A DNA stretch of 64,000 nt. It comes from Anthoceros angustus (Eukaryota; Plantae; Anthocerotophyta). The translations under genes and the position numbers were made by a program. Where the stretch lies: positions 299,114-363,113 of the forward strand of contig MU008176.1 in NCBI GenBank assembly GCA_010909165.1, in the 5' to 3' direction. Positions 12,101 through 22,300 of the stretch are shown piece by piece. Within the stretch, counting starts at the first letter, position 1, and each line of letters begins with the position of its first letter. Under the pieces are notes generated by a model. It was given only the letters and a program-made list of their open reading frames with translations. It made no database searches and was not told the DNA's origin.

Positions 12101-13033
12101 GCGCAACTTTCACTTTTTGCAGCTCTCAGTTTCTCCATTCCTGTTAGGATTTTGTCTTCACGAGGTGCTCAGTTCTCATGCATGTCCATAGCTTTGCCGT
12201 GAAGGATGGGTGTAAAAGAAACTGTGCTGCTGCAAAAGCGAACTCTTGAACAGTCTTGCAACGTTAATCCAGTTGTCCGGGAACTTGAACTTCTAGGTCC
12301 AGTTACAGCAATTTCTGCTTTTTGTTGCTGTTGTCCTTCATACGGTTATTGGCCCTTTTCATTTTAAGGTAGGCTCCTTGGTGAAGGATACAAACTGCGT
12401 TGCCTCTACATACTTGGTCCAATGGGACAGGCTGCAGGTTCTCCTCCGCGGGATTGACTGAGTGTTGTCGGAATTGATACATCGCGTCCAGACCAGCTCC
12501 CGGCATACCAAGTCCACAGTGAGCCCTTGATGGTGAGGAGCAGCGAGGGAAATAATCTTAAGTGTCCTCCTCTGTGGCACCTCATCCCAACCTCTCTGCT
12601 CCAGCCATCTTGTCTTGCGGAGACTGACAAAGTCAGCAAAGTGGCGGTGCCTGCTAGAGGAGCACAGCTTACCAAAATTGCCGCTCACCCTCTGTCTGTT
12701 CAGAGCTAAGTCAAGAAAACATCTTGGTTCCCTGCAGAGAGGTTGGGATGAGGTTGTAGGCATACAAAGAGACCACATCCTGATGTCGCTACGCAGACCA
12801 TCCAGAAAAGTGTGTTGGCAGGACAACAAAGATGATGTGCGATCCCATTGGCTTTCCATTTGACCAGACACTAGACATTCGACCTTGCCCAACCCACACA
12901 GCTGATTACCAGCTCCGAAAGAACCTCAAGCAAATGCTGGGCCTGTCTGGTAACGACTTCCTCCGAAAAAATGGTTTTCTAACCAGTGACAGATGCCACG
13001 GGCCGCGGTGCTCGTGATACATATGGAATGTGT
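9143..13033. repeat. Inverted paralog of 43630-45104 plus 46090-46135 (its left part is duplicated by the 2.35 kb tandem repeat)
   Basis: For example CAGCTGATTACCAGCTCCGAAAGAACCTCAAGCAAATGCTGGGCCTGTCT (~12900) is the reverse complement of ~43715-43765. The ORF track gives near-identical peptides on opposite strands (12615..12863+ vs 43799..44071-). Confidence 0.9.
10865..11505 (+). mobile_element. Second copy of the CRE-like RLE 3' end (part of the 2.35 kb duplication)
   Basis: LILDVVVTDPTRESVCEHVILNPP...SLAIETHGAMGKDFSRFVKA...FFRQRVSITLQRVLADAVYR; same 3' UTR as 8545-9142. Confidence 0.8.
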
Positions 13034-13469
13034 GATATGGAATGGACACAGACACGAACTCTATTGGACTCACTGATTCTAGGAGGGTCCTTTTACAATA
13101 TGGCACACCTAGCTCACAAAGGACGATACTTTTCCAGACTTCGCTCTCCCCAGTCATCTAGCTGAAAGATTGCAGCTTGTCCAGGAACAAGCCAACGTAA
13201 GTGACCAGCTTCTTCAGGTAAGTGGATAATGACAACGTTCATATGAACATAAATCCCTGAGGATATCATGGGAGAAGTACTCCTGACCTCCTCCTCAAAT
13301 ACAAGGGAGTCTCTTTCCTCTTCTACCTTCTTCATCTCAACCTGAAGACTCACACTGGTGAAAGGACTGCCAGAGAACTTGCAGGGTCACTTTCATCATA
13401 ACGCGTCTAGTTCGACGGCATGCCACAAATTAAATGGAATGCACGGTCCGCTCTTCTAAATACATTTCA

Positions 13470-13700
13470 TTCTTGTATTCCCTGTCACTACATCTTAGGT
13501 TGCCAATCTATCCAACACGTTGCAAGCATCTGCCAAGTGCCGGACCAAGCTCCGGCACTTGGCATAACTGGACACCAGGGTATTACCCAAGGAGAAAGAA
13601 GCTTCCTCAAGACCTTGCTAGAGAACGTGAGCACGAATCTGCTTGTCTTCCTGCAATGCCCCTATCCCAGCACACAAGCTCAAAGGATAGACACAAATAA
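13470..13700 (-). pseudogene. PLS-PPR relic (L-S-P motif fragment) paralogous to 41715-41940; repeated at ~15260-15490
   Basis: The minus strand reads ...GATAGGGGCATTGCAGGAAGACAAGCAGATTCGTGCTCACGTTCTCTAGCAAGGTCTTGAGGAAGCT...TATGCCAAGTGCCGGAGCTTG, aligning to the intact PPR gene but with in-frame stops and an insertion. Confidence 0.8.
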
Positions 13701-13828
13701 GGAAGCGGGAGTGAGTTCGGCATGCAAAGGTGGCGGACACACATCAGGAGTCCCAACAGTTCTTCGGGTTTGAGTGCCCTCTTCCTCCATATTTTTCACT
13801 AAGCTGGCAAGGACGAGGGCGTACATGG

Positions 13829-14686
13829 TTATTGCAACGTCCGTACATACTGGTCCAAAACACTGTTGAAAAGTTCACACCTGCAATGGCAATCCAGAAG
13901 TCAGTACAAGTAGAAGTGATCAACACGAGAAGTGGGTGTCATACAATCAACGCCTAAAAGAAAAGAAACATCTCAGCCAAATTTATTCCACAGCCAGGCC
14001 ATATTGCAGTGACTCACCTAAAGGGTTGACCAGGCGTATACAAAGGGTTCTTCACCACAAATTCAACGTAAATGTTGCTGTACACGTAGTTCAATGCTTC
14101 TCGCAAATCTCCCATTTTGGGATCCGTGATGAGCACCAACTGCAGATTGCCCATTCAGATTCGCCGCGCTGTTTGATATCGCTCACAAATTGGTGGCACG
14201 CCAGCCCAATCGTAGGCACCCAAACAAAACATAAAAAGAAAGGCAAGGGCAAGGGCAAGGGCAAGGGCAAGGGCAAGGGAAAACCTTGATTCCTGAAGGT
14301 GTCCAGCAGGTGCAGCTTGTACGAGTTAGTCCGAGCTGTGGAACGAGCAAGCTTGGCCAACCAGCTGTGGCGCTCCTAGATTGCCCTTACTCGAGCTGAA
14401 AGGTAGCCGAAACAAAATGGCTTGATCCAACTGCCGACATGCCTCACAGACACACCCTACCCCGGCCTAAGAATTTTGCAAAAGAAACAGCGATGTGGCC
14501 CTGACCTGACTGGATCCATCTTCGCTGTGAAGGACTTGAGTGAAAACAGGAGGCCAAACATGAGCTTCTGGTCCTGCTGCTGACTTAGCGTGGTGAGCGG
14601 TCTCAGCCACATGGTAGTGCATGCACTCCGTTTCTGTTGAAAATGTACAGGCAGCGCATCCGCTGGGTTTGGGACATCCCCAACAT
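13829..14686 (-). pseudogene. BET5: Frameshifted copy of BET5/TRAPPC1
   Basis: Same four exons as 15622-16491, but with two CA deletions in exon 1 and two 2-bp deletions in exon 2. It may be an assembly duplicate. Confidence 0.75.
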
Positions 14687-15621
14687 GGCTTTCCTGCACC
14701 ACGCTCCGAAAGAACCTCAAGCAAATGCTGGGCCTGTCTGGTAACGACTTCCTCCGAAAAAATGGTTTTCTAACCAGTGACAGATGCCACGGGCCGCGGT
14801 GCTCGTGATACATATGGAATGTGTGATATGGAATGGACACAGACACGAACTCTATTGGACTCACTGATTCTAGGAGGGTCCTTTTACAATATGGCACACC
14901 TAGCTCACAAAGGACGATACTTTTCCAGACTTCGCTCTCCCCAGTCATCTAGCTGAAAGATTGCAGCTTGTCCAGGAACAAGCCAACGTAAGTGACCAGC
15001 TTCTTCAGGTAAGTGGATAATGACAACGTTCATATGAACATAAATCCCTGAGGATATCATGGGAGAAGTACTCCTGACCTCCTCCTCAAATACAAGGGAG
15101 TCTCTTTCCTCTTCTACCTTCTTCATCTCAACCTGAAGACTCACACTGGTGAAAGGACTGCCAGAGAACTTGCAGGGTCACTTTCATCATAACGCGTCTA
15201 GTTCGACGGCATGCCACAAATTAAATGGAATGCACGGTCCGCTCTTCTAAATACATTTCATTCTTGTATTCCCTGTCACTACATCTTAGGTTGCCAATCT
15301 ATCCAACACGTTGCAAGCATCTGCCAAGTGCCGGACCAAGCTCCGGCACTTGGCATAACTGGACACCAGGGTATTACCCAAGGAGAAAGAAGCTTCCTCA
15401 AGACCTTGCTAGAGAACGTGAGCACGAATCTGCTTGTCTTCCTGCAATGCCCCTATCCCAGCACACAAGCTCAAAGGATAGACACAAATAAGGAAGCGGG
15501 AGTGAGTTCGGCATGCAAAAGGTGGCGGACACACATCAGGAGTCCCAACAGTTCTTCGGGTTTGAGTGCCCTCTTCCTCCATATTTTTTCACTAAGCTGG
15601 CAAGGACGAGGGCGTACATGG

Positions 15622-16491
15622 TTATTGCAACGTCCGTACATACTGGTCCAAAACACTGTTGAAAAGTTCACACCTGCAATGGCAATCCAGAAGTCAGTAC
15701 AAGTAGAAGTGATCAACACGAGAAGTGGGTGTCATACAATCAACGCCTAAAAGAAAAAGAAACATCTCAGCCAAATTTATTCCACAGCCAGGCCATATTG
15801 CAGTGACTCACCTAAAGGGTTGACCAGGCGTATACAAAGGGTTCTTCACCACAAATTCAACGTAAATGTTGCTGTACACGTAGTTCAATGCTTCTCGCAA
15901 ATCTCCCATTTTGGGATCCGTGATGAGCACCAACTGCAGATTGCCCATTCAGATTCGCCGCGCTGTTTGATATCGCTCACAAATTGGTGGCACGCCAGCC
16001 CAATCGTAGGCACCCAAACAAAACATAAAAAAAGAAAGGCAAGGGCAAGGGCAAGGGCAAGGGCAAGGGCAAGGGGAAAACCTTGATTCCTGAAGGAGTG
16101 TCCAGCAGGTGCAGCTTGTACGAGTTAGTCCGAAAGCTGTGGAACGAGCAAGCTTGGCCAACCAGCTGTGGCGCTCCTAGATTGCCCTTACTCGAGCTGA
16201 AAGGTAGCCGAAACAAAATGGCTTGATCCAACTGCCGACATGCCTCACAGACACACCCTACCCCGGCCTAAGAATTTTGCAAAAGAAACAGCGATGTGGC
16301 CCTGACCTGACTGGATCCATCTTCGCTGTGAAGGACTTGAGTGAAAACAGGAGGCCAAACATGAGCTTCTGGTCCTGCTGCTGACTTAGCGTGGTGAGCG
16401 GTCTCAGCCACACATGGTAGTGCATGCACACTCCGTTTCTGTTGAAAATGTACAGGCAGCGCATCCGCTGGGTTTGGGACATCCCCAACAT
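15622..16491 (-). CDS. BET5: TRAPP complex subunit BET5/TRAPPC1 (157 aa, 4 exons: 16491-16307, 16196-16082, 15933-15812, 15673-15622)
   Basis: The spliced protein is MLGMSQTQRMRCLYIFNRNGVCMHYHVWLRPLTTLSQQQDQKLMFGLLFSLKSFTAKMDPVSSSKGNLGAPQLVGQACSFHSFRTNSYKLHLLDTPSGIKLVLITDPKMGDLREALNYVYSNIYVEFVVKNPLYTPGQPFRCELFNSVLDQYVRTLQ*. All introns are GT-AG and in phase (474 nt), and the sequence matches the plant BET5 signature. Confidence 0.93.
16038..16076 (+). repeat. (AAGGGC)n microsatellite in BET5 intron 2; also at ~14241, ~18518 and ~20047
   Basis: About six units are directly visible. It explains the spurious KGKGKG/ARARAR/LPLPLP ORFs. Confidence 0.95.
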
Positions 16492-16901
16492 GGCTTTCCT
16501 GCACCACGCTCCGAGCTCCTGCCCCCTGTGTGTCACCTGCTGCCCGAGCAGGGCCTGACGCCTGACGATGTAGAACTGAACCGGGATCGGAGTTAACTGA
16601 ACACTAACTGGCGTTAACAAACCGGTGTGGCGGGTTAGCCGATGGAGCTTCTCGTTCTCTCCCGCCATTTTGCGCTTCCGAATTCGCCAAGCCAAGCCCA
16701 GCTCCACCAGATCCAATTCGTGCCAGTGCGCGAATCCGAGGTTGCGTGAATTCCAGAATGTCCCGACGGAGACCCTCAGCTTGCAAGAGCTTGGATTGCC
16801 CAATGAACAGGCGGAACCAGGGAGCGTGATGCTCTGTCCTCCGAGCTCGCAAATTCTGCCTCGACTTTCCGGGTGCAGGTGCACGAGCGCGTTGTGCAGC
16901 G
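16492..16901. promoter_or_regulatory. Putative bidirectional promoter between BET5 and DNA2 (410 bp between start codons)
   Basis: Inferred from divergent ATGs at 16491 (-) and 16902 (+). Confidence 0.6.
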
Positions 16902-18398
16902 ATGCCTCCCAGGAAGGTCGCATTGAAGCGGCAGCACGCTGCGCCTCCGCCGGCTCGGTTCGGGATCCAGCATTTCTTTTCCAAGCATGCTGCGAATTCC
17001 CAGGCTGTGAGGCCCCTAACCGCGCCTCCAGCTCCTGTGGGAGCCAGCAATGCGGTGGCGAGGCACTCGGGGAGCAGGAATGGGGGAGCTGCTGGCGTCC
17101 CACAGCCGGTTGGAACCGCCCACCCAGCTGGTGAGTTGGAATTTTGGTGGGTTTGCCTTGCCGTGGCATGGCATGGGGCATTCTGGTTTGCTTGGGTTGG
17201 GTGTTCTGGTGTGTTTGTGTCCAGTGGAGGAGTCATGTTTGGAGAACGCAGGTTTTAAGCAGAAAGCGGCTGAGGTCAGGGGTGATGATCGTGAACGGGG
17301 AGATGGAATCGGGTGCCCCCAGCTCCAAGCAGGTGCTCGGGAGGGGGGGGATTGGGCTGTCGCCAAGCAATGCGATGCTCCTCCATTCGACACGGCAGGA
17401 TTCGCTTCTTCTGGAGTGTTTGTGCCTGCAGAAGCGACCAGTGGAAGAGGTGATTGTTTGAGGTATTGCAAAGCAGTAATTATGGGCAGGTGTGGAGGAA
17501 GAATCTCATGGCCTTCTTCAGTGGCCGTGCCAGGTCCGGATGTTGCACATGATGTGCTCAATGTGGCTATAACGGAGAAGGATCCCAAGGGTTTCCCAGC
17601 TTCCAACGTCATGCCGCCTCCTGCAGCCGAAGAAGATCATCAAGCGAGACAGGACTCAAGGCCTGCAGCAGAGAGAAAGAAACGACTCAGATATTCACCT
17701 GAGATGGTACGGTGTGCCCAATGCCAGCATTTGCTCGTAGTGGAGTTGGCAGCGGGTGCCTCTGGCTGACGCGAGGTATGTTCCTTCATGTGGTTGGACT
17801 CTGTGACAGGTCATCACGCAGAGTCAAGATGACGGAGGAGATGAAGTAGTGTGGAGGGCGTCTCCAACATCCGATCGTCTGCTTGCAGCGGCCGCAAACC
17901 AACCCTCTGCTTTGATGGGAGGTGAAAGGCCTGCTCTGCGGCCCTGCAATAGTGCTGGAAACACGGGGCCCTCCAGGAATTCCTTGTCAAAGCCACCTCC
18001 ATTGCAGCCAAATCGGTGCGTCTCCCAAGAAGGTGCGCATCGTGTGTTGGCTTTCTAAGCTTTGAAAGCAATGCAATATCATTTGGGTGCGCTCTTTGAG
18101 GTTGAGGTTGCTTGTCTGAGAGCCTTGGCGTGCAGAAATCCCCGGGGATAGCAGGCAAGCTGGAAACTTGGCTGTCATCATCAAACCTGCTGATGATGGT
18201 GCACCTGCAGCATCCAAGTTCTCACTCGCTGGGAATAAGGAGAATATCTCCAGTGCGTGCCCTGCTGAAGGTGTGGAGAAGGACGTAAAGGAGTCTACTG
18301 CAAAGGAGCGTCGTCGAGCTCGCCGCCGTTCTTCCTTCGTAAGTGGGCTATGCACACAAGTTCTCTATGCACATGCTCAGGAATTCCTTCATTTTGGG
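16902..18398 (+). pseudogene. DNA2: 5' part of DNA2/JHS1 (exon 1 16902-17130 and exon 2 from 17225 are in frame; the later part has 1-bp deletions); truncated at a duplication junction
   Basis: [26 protein letters not shown]...RYSPEM|[28 protein letters not shown] resembles the plant DNA2/JHS1 N-terminus. It breaks at CATTTTGGG (18390-18398) into BET5 sequence. Confidence 0.8.
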
Positions 18399-18966
18399 AT
18401 CCGTGATGAGCACCAACTGCAGATTGCCCATTCAGATTCGCCGCGCTGTTTGATATCGCTCACAAATTGGTGGCACGCCAGCCCAATCGTAGGCACCCAA
18501 ACAAAACATAAAAAGAAAGGCAAGGGCAAGGGCAAGGGCAAGGGCAAGGGCAAGGGAAAACCTTGATTCCTGAAGGAGTGTCCAGCAGGTGCAGCTTGCA
18601 GAGTTAGTCCGAGCTGTGGAACGAGCAAGCTTGGCCAACCAGCTGTGGCGCTCCTAGATTGCCCTTACTCGAGCTGAAAGGTAGCCGAAACAAAATGGCT
18701 TGATCCAACTGCCGACATGCCTCACAGACACACCCTACCCCGGCCTAAGAATTTTGCAAAAGAAACAGCGATGTGGCCCTGACCTGACTGGATCCATCTT
18801 CGCTGTGAAGGACTTGAGTGAAAACAGGAGGCCAAACATGAGCTTCTGGTCCTGCTGCTGACTTAGCGTGGTGAGCGGTCTCAGCCACATGGTAGTGCAT
18901 GCACACTCCGTTTCTGTTGAAAATGTACAGGCAGCGCATCCGCTGGGTTTGGGACATCCCCAACAT
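18390..18966 (-). pseudogene. BET5: Third, 3'-truncated and frameshifted BET5 copy
   Basis: Exons 1-2 and part of exon 3 are present with small deletions; exon 4 is absent. Confidence 0.75.
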
Positions 18967-19375
18967 GGCTTTCCTGCACCACGCTCCGAGCTCCTGCCCC
19001 TGTGTGTCACCTGCTGCCCGAGCAGGGCCTGACGCCTGACGATGTAGAACTGAACCGGGATCGGAGTTAACTGAACACTAACTGGCGTTAACAAACCGGT
19101 GTGGCGGGTTAGCCGATGGAGCTTCTCGTTCTCTCCCGCCATTTTGCGCTTCTGAATTCGCCAAGCCAAGCCCAGCTCCACCAGATCCAATTCGTGCCAG
19201 TGCGCGAATCCGAGGTTGCGTGAATTCCAGAATGTCCCGACGGAGACCCTCAGCTTGCAAGAGCTTGGATTGCCCAATGAACAGGCGGAACCAGGGAGCG
19301 TGATGCTCTGTCCTCCGAGCTCGCAAATTCTGCCTCGACTTTCCGGGTGCAGGTGCACGAGCGCGTTGTGCAGCG

Positions 19376-22300
19376 ATGCCTCCAGGAAGGTCGCATTGAA
19401 GCGGCAGCACGCTGCGCCTCCGCCGGCTCGGTTCGGGATCCAGCATTTCTTTTCCAAGCATGCTGCGAATTCCCAGGCTGTGAGGCCCCTAACCGCGCCT
19501 CCAGCTCCTGTGGGAGCCAGCAATGCGGTGGCGAGGCACTGGGGAGCAGGAATGGGGAGCTGCTGGCGTCCCACAGCCGGTTGGAACCGCCCACCCAGCT
19601 GGTGAGTTGGAATTTTGGTGGGTTTGCCTTGCCGTGGCATGGCATGGGGCATTCTGGTTTGCTTGGGTTGGGTGTTCTGGTGTGTTTGTGTCCAGTGGAG
19701 GAGTCATGTTTGGAGAACGCAGGTTTTAAGCAGAAAGCGGCTGAGGTCAGGGGTGATGATCGTGAACGGGGAGATGGAATCGGGTGCCCCCAGCTCCAAG
19801 CAGGTGCTCGGGAGGGGGGGGATTGGGCTGTCGCCAAGCAATGCGATGCTCCTCCATTCGACACGGCAGGATTCGCTTCTTCTGGAGTGTTTGTGCCTGC
19901 AGAAGCGACCAGTGGAAGAGGTGATTGTTTGAGGTATTGCAAAGCAGTAATTATGGGCAGGTGTGGAGGAAGGGGCAACCGGAATGCACTCTAAGACATG
20001 ATTCAAGGAAAAACTCTCTTGCCTTAAAGGCAACTTCAAAGCAGGAAAGGGCAAGGGCAAGGGCAAGGGCAAGGGCAAGGGAAAACCTTGATTCCTGAAG
20101 GTGTGGAGGAAGAATCTCATGGCCTTCTTCAGTGGCCGTGCCAGGTCCGGATGTTGCACATGATGTGCTCAATGTGGCTATAACGGAGAAGGACGTAAAG
20201 GAGTCTACTGCAAAGGAGCGTCGTCGAGCTCGCAAATTCTGCCTCGACTTTCCGGGTGCAGGTGTGGAGGAAGAATCTCATGGCCTTCTTCAGTGGCCGT
20301 GCCAGGTCCGGATGTTGCACATGATGTGCTCAATGTGGCTATAACGGAGAAGGATCCCAAGGGTTTCCCAGCTTCCAACGTCATGCCGCCTCCTGCAGCC
20401 GAAGAAGATCATCAAGCGAGACAGGACTCAAGGCCTGCAGCAGAGAGAAAGAAACGACTCAGATATTCACCTGAGATGGTACGGTGTGCCCAATGCCAGC
20501 ATTTGCTCGTAGTGGAGTTGGCAGCGGGTGCCTCTGGCTGACGCGAGGTATGTTCCTTCATGTGGTTGGACTCTGTGACAGGTCATCACGCAGAGTCAAG
20601 ATGACGGAGGAGATGAAGTAGTGTGGAGGGCGTCTCCAACATCCGATCGTCTGCTTGCAGCGGCCGCAAACCAACCCTCTGCTTTGATGGGAGGTGAAAG
20701 GCCTGCTCTGCGGCCCTGCAATAGTGCTGGAAACACGGGGGCCCTCCAGGAATTCCTTGTCAAAGCCACCTCCATTGCAGCCAAATCGGGTGCGTCTCCC
20801 AAGAAGGTGCGCATCGTGTGTTGGCTTTCTAAGCTTTGAAAGCAATGCAATATCATTTGGGTGCGCTCTTTGAGGTTGAGGTTGCTTGTCTGAGAGCCTT
20901 GGCGTGCAGAAATCCCCGGGGATAGCAGGCAAGCTGGAAACTTGGCTGTCATCATCAAAACCTGCTGATGATGGTGCACCTGCAGCATCCAAGTTCTCAC
21001 TCGCTGGGAATAAGGAGAATATCTCCAGTGCGTGCCCTGCTGAAGGTGTGGAGAAGGACGTAAAGGAGTCTACTGCAAAGGAGCGTCGTCGAGCTCGCCG
21101 CCGTTCTTCCTTCGTAAGTGGGCTATGCACACAAGTTTCTCTATGCACATGCTCAGGAAATTCCCTTCATTTTTGGGCATGAACCATCCTTCCTTCAAAT
21201 TTTCAGGTGTCTTTGGATCGTCCGTTCAAGACAGGAACGAAGAAACAGGCACAGTCCGGGCATAGGCGAAAGGTGCTTTCGTCCCTCCAAATTCTTGCTG
21301 AGAGGATGAAAGGGCTGATTATCGACATCGCCTTTCTTGCTTTTGCCGAAAGTATTTGGCATTGGATGCGGTTATTGACAGGCATCATCTTCCTGTACCA
21401 GGCACTACTGGATCTTTTAGAACAGGTGAAAGATGCGATAGTTGTGGAGGAAGGGCAACCGGAATGCACTCTAAGACATGATTCAAGGAAAAACTCTCTT
21501 GCCTTAAAGGCAACTTCAAAGCAGGAAAGGGCAACTTCAGAGCAGAAACGGTCCACGACCGCAGATTGTTGTGAACAATCGAAGGAAGTGGTAACAAGCC
21601 ATAGCCTGAGGCCGTGTGACAGAGCTCATATTGACTCCGGAGATGGCTCTGGAGTTTGGAAAGGATCTGGAGGTCAAAATCATGTGGTACTTGATGTGGA
21701 AGGATTTATACCGTCAGCTGGCGTTGAATGCTTGGCCACGGATTGTGCCACACTCTGCATTTCAATTGATAAGCCCAGGCGATCAATGGAAGAGAGCAGA
21801 AGGGACGAGGTTTCTCTCGCCACCACAGCAGGACAGAGTAGGAAATGTATTGATGCCACTGATCACATAGCCAAAAGTACTTACCCGGACCTTGAATTGG
21901 CTGAGCTCTCTGATACCGCTGAGCATGATTGGCAAGCAAGCGCACACTTTATTGTTCTGGAGGTGAATCTCAAAACCTGACCCAACTCTGTCTACCTGCT
22001 TCAGGTTTTCATTCGGTCAGGCATTGTCCATGCAATAAGAACTCACCCTTCTGCTGTTATCATGTTCAAAGGTTGCCGAAGGCGAGTTTCAAGAAGAGGG
22101 ACATCCAGGATTGAACGACCAGCAGAAGGTTCTGCTGCACTGCTGTGGGAATTGCATGGATAGTAAAATACAGGAACATGCGCACCTGAAGTTCACCTGT
22201 TTACATGACATCGTTTGGTGCTCGTGCCTGGCCAGGTCTTAAGACTGCTGCAAGAAGGGAGTGGGATGGAGCGTGTGGTGTATCTTCGGGATTCCTGGTG

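Larger units (their letters stand above)
7764..12480. repeat. Tandem duplication, ~2.35 kb unit (7764-10108 / 10109-12480)
   Basis: Both units begin AGAGAGAGAAGAGGGAGGACGA and end GTGTTGTCGGAATTGATAC. The junction is at 10108/10109. Confidence 0.92.
12912..16507. repeat. Tandem duplication, ~1.8 kb unit (12912-14702 / 14703-16507)
   Basis: The junction uses GCTCCGA, present at 12912, 14703 and 16508. The first copy carries several 1-2 bp deletions relative to the second. Confidence 0.93.

Noticed and set aside
13936-14360. ORFs ending in KGKGKGK, ARARAR or LPLPLP (also near 15820, 18168 and 19704)
   Set aside because: Translations of the intronic (AAGGGC)n microsatellite on or opposite BET5; not genes.
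16258-17181. 307-aa minus-strand ORF (and its 305-aa twin at 18735)
   Set aside because: Only the last ~70 codons are BET5 exon 1. The rest is read-through across the promoter and the antisense of DNA2 exon 1 in GC-rich DNA.
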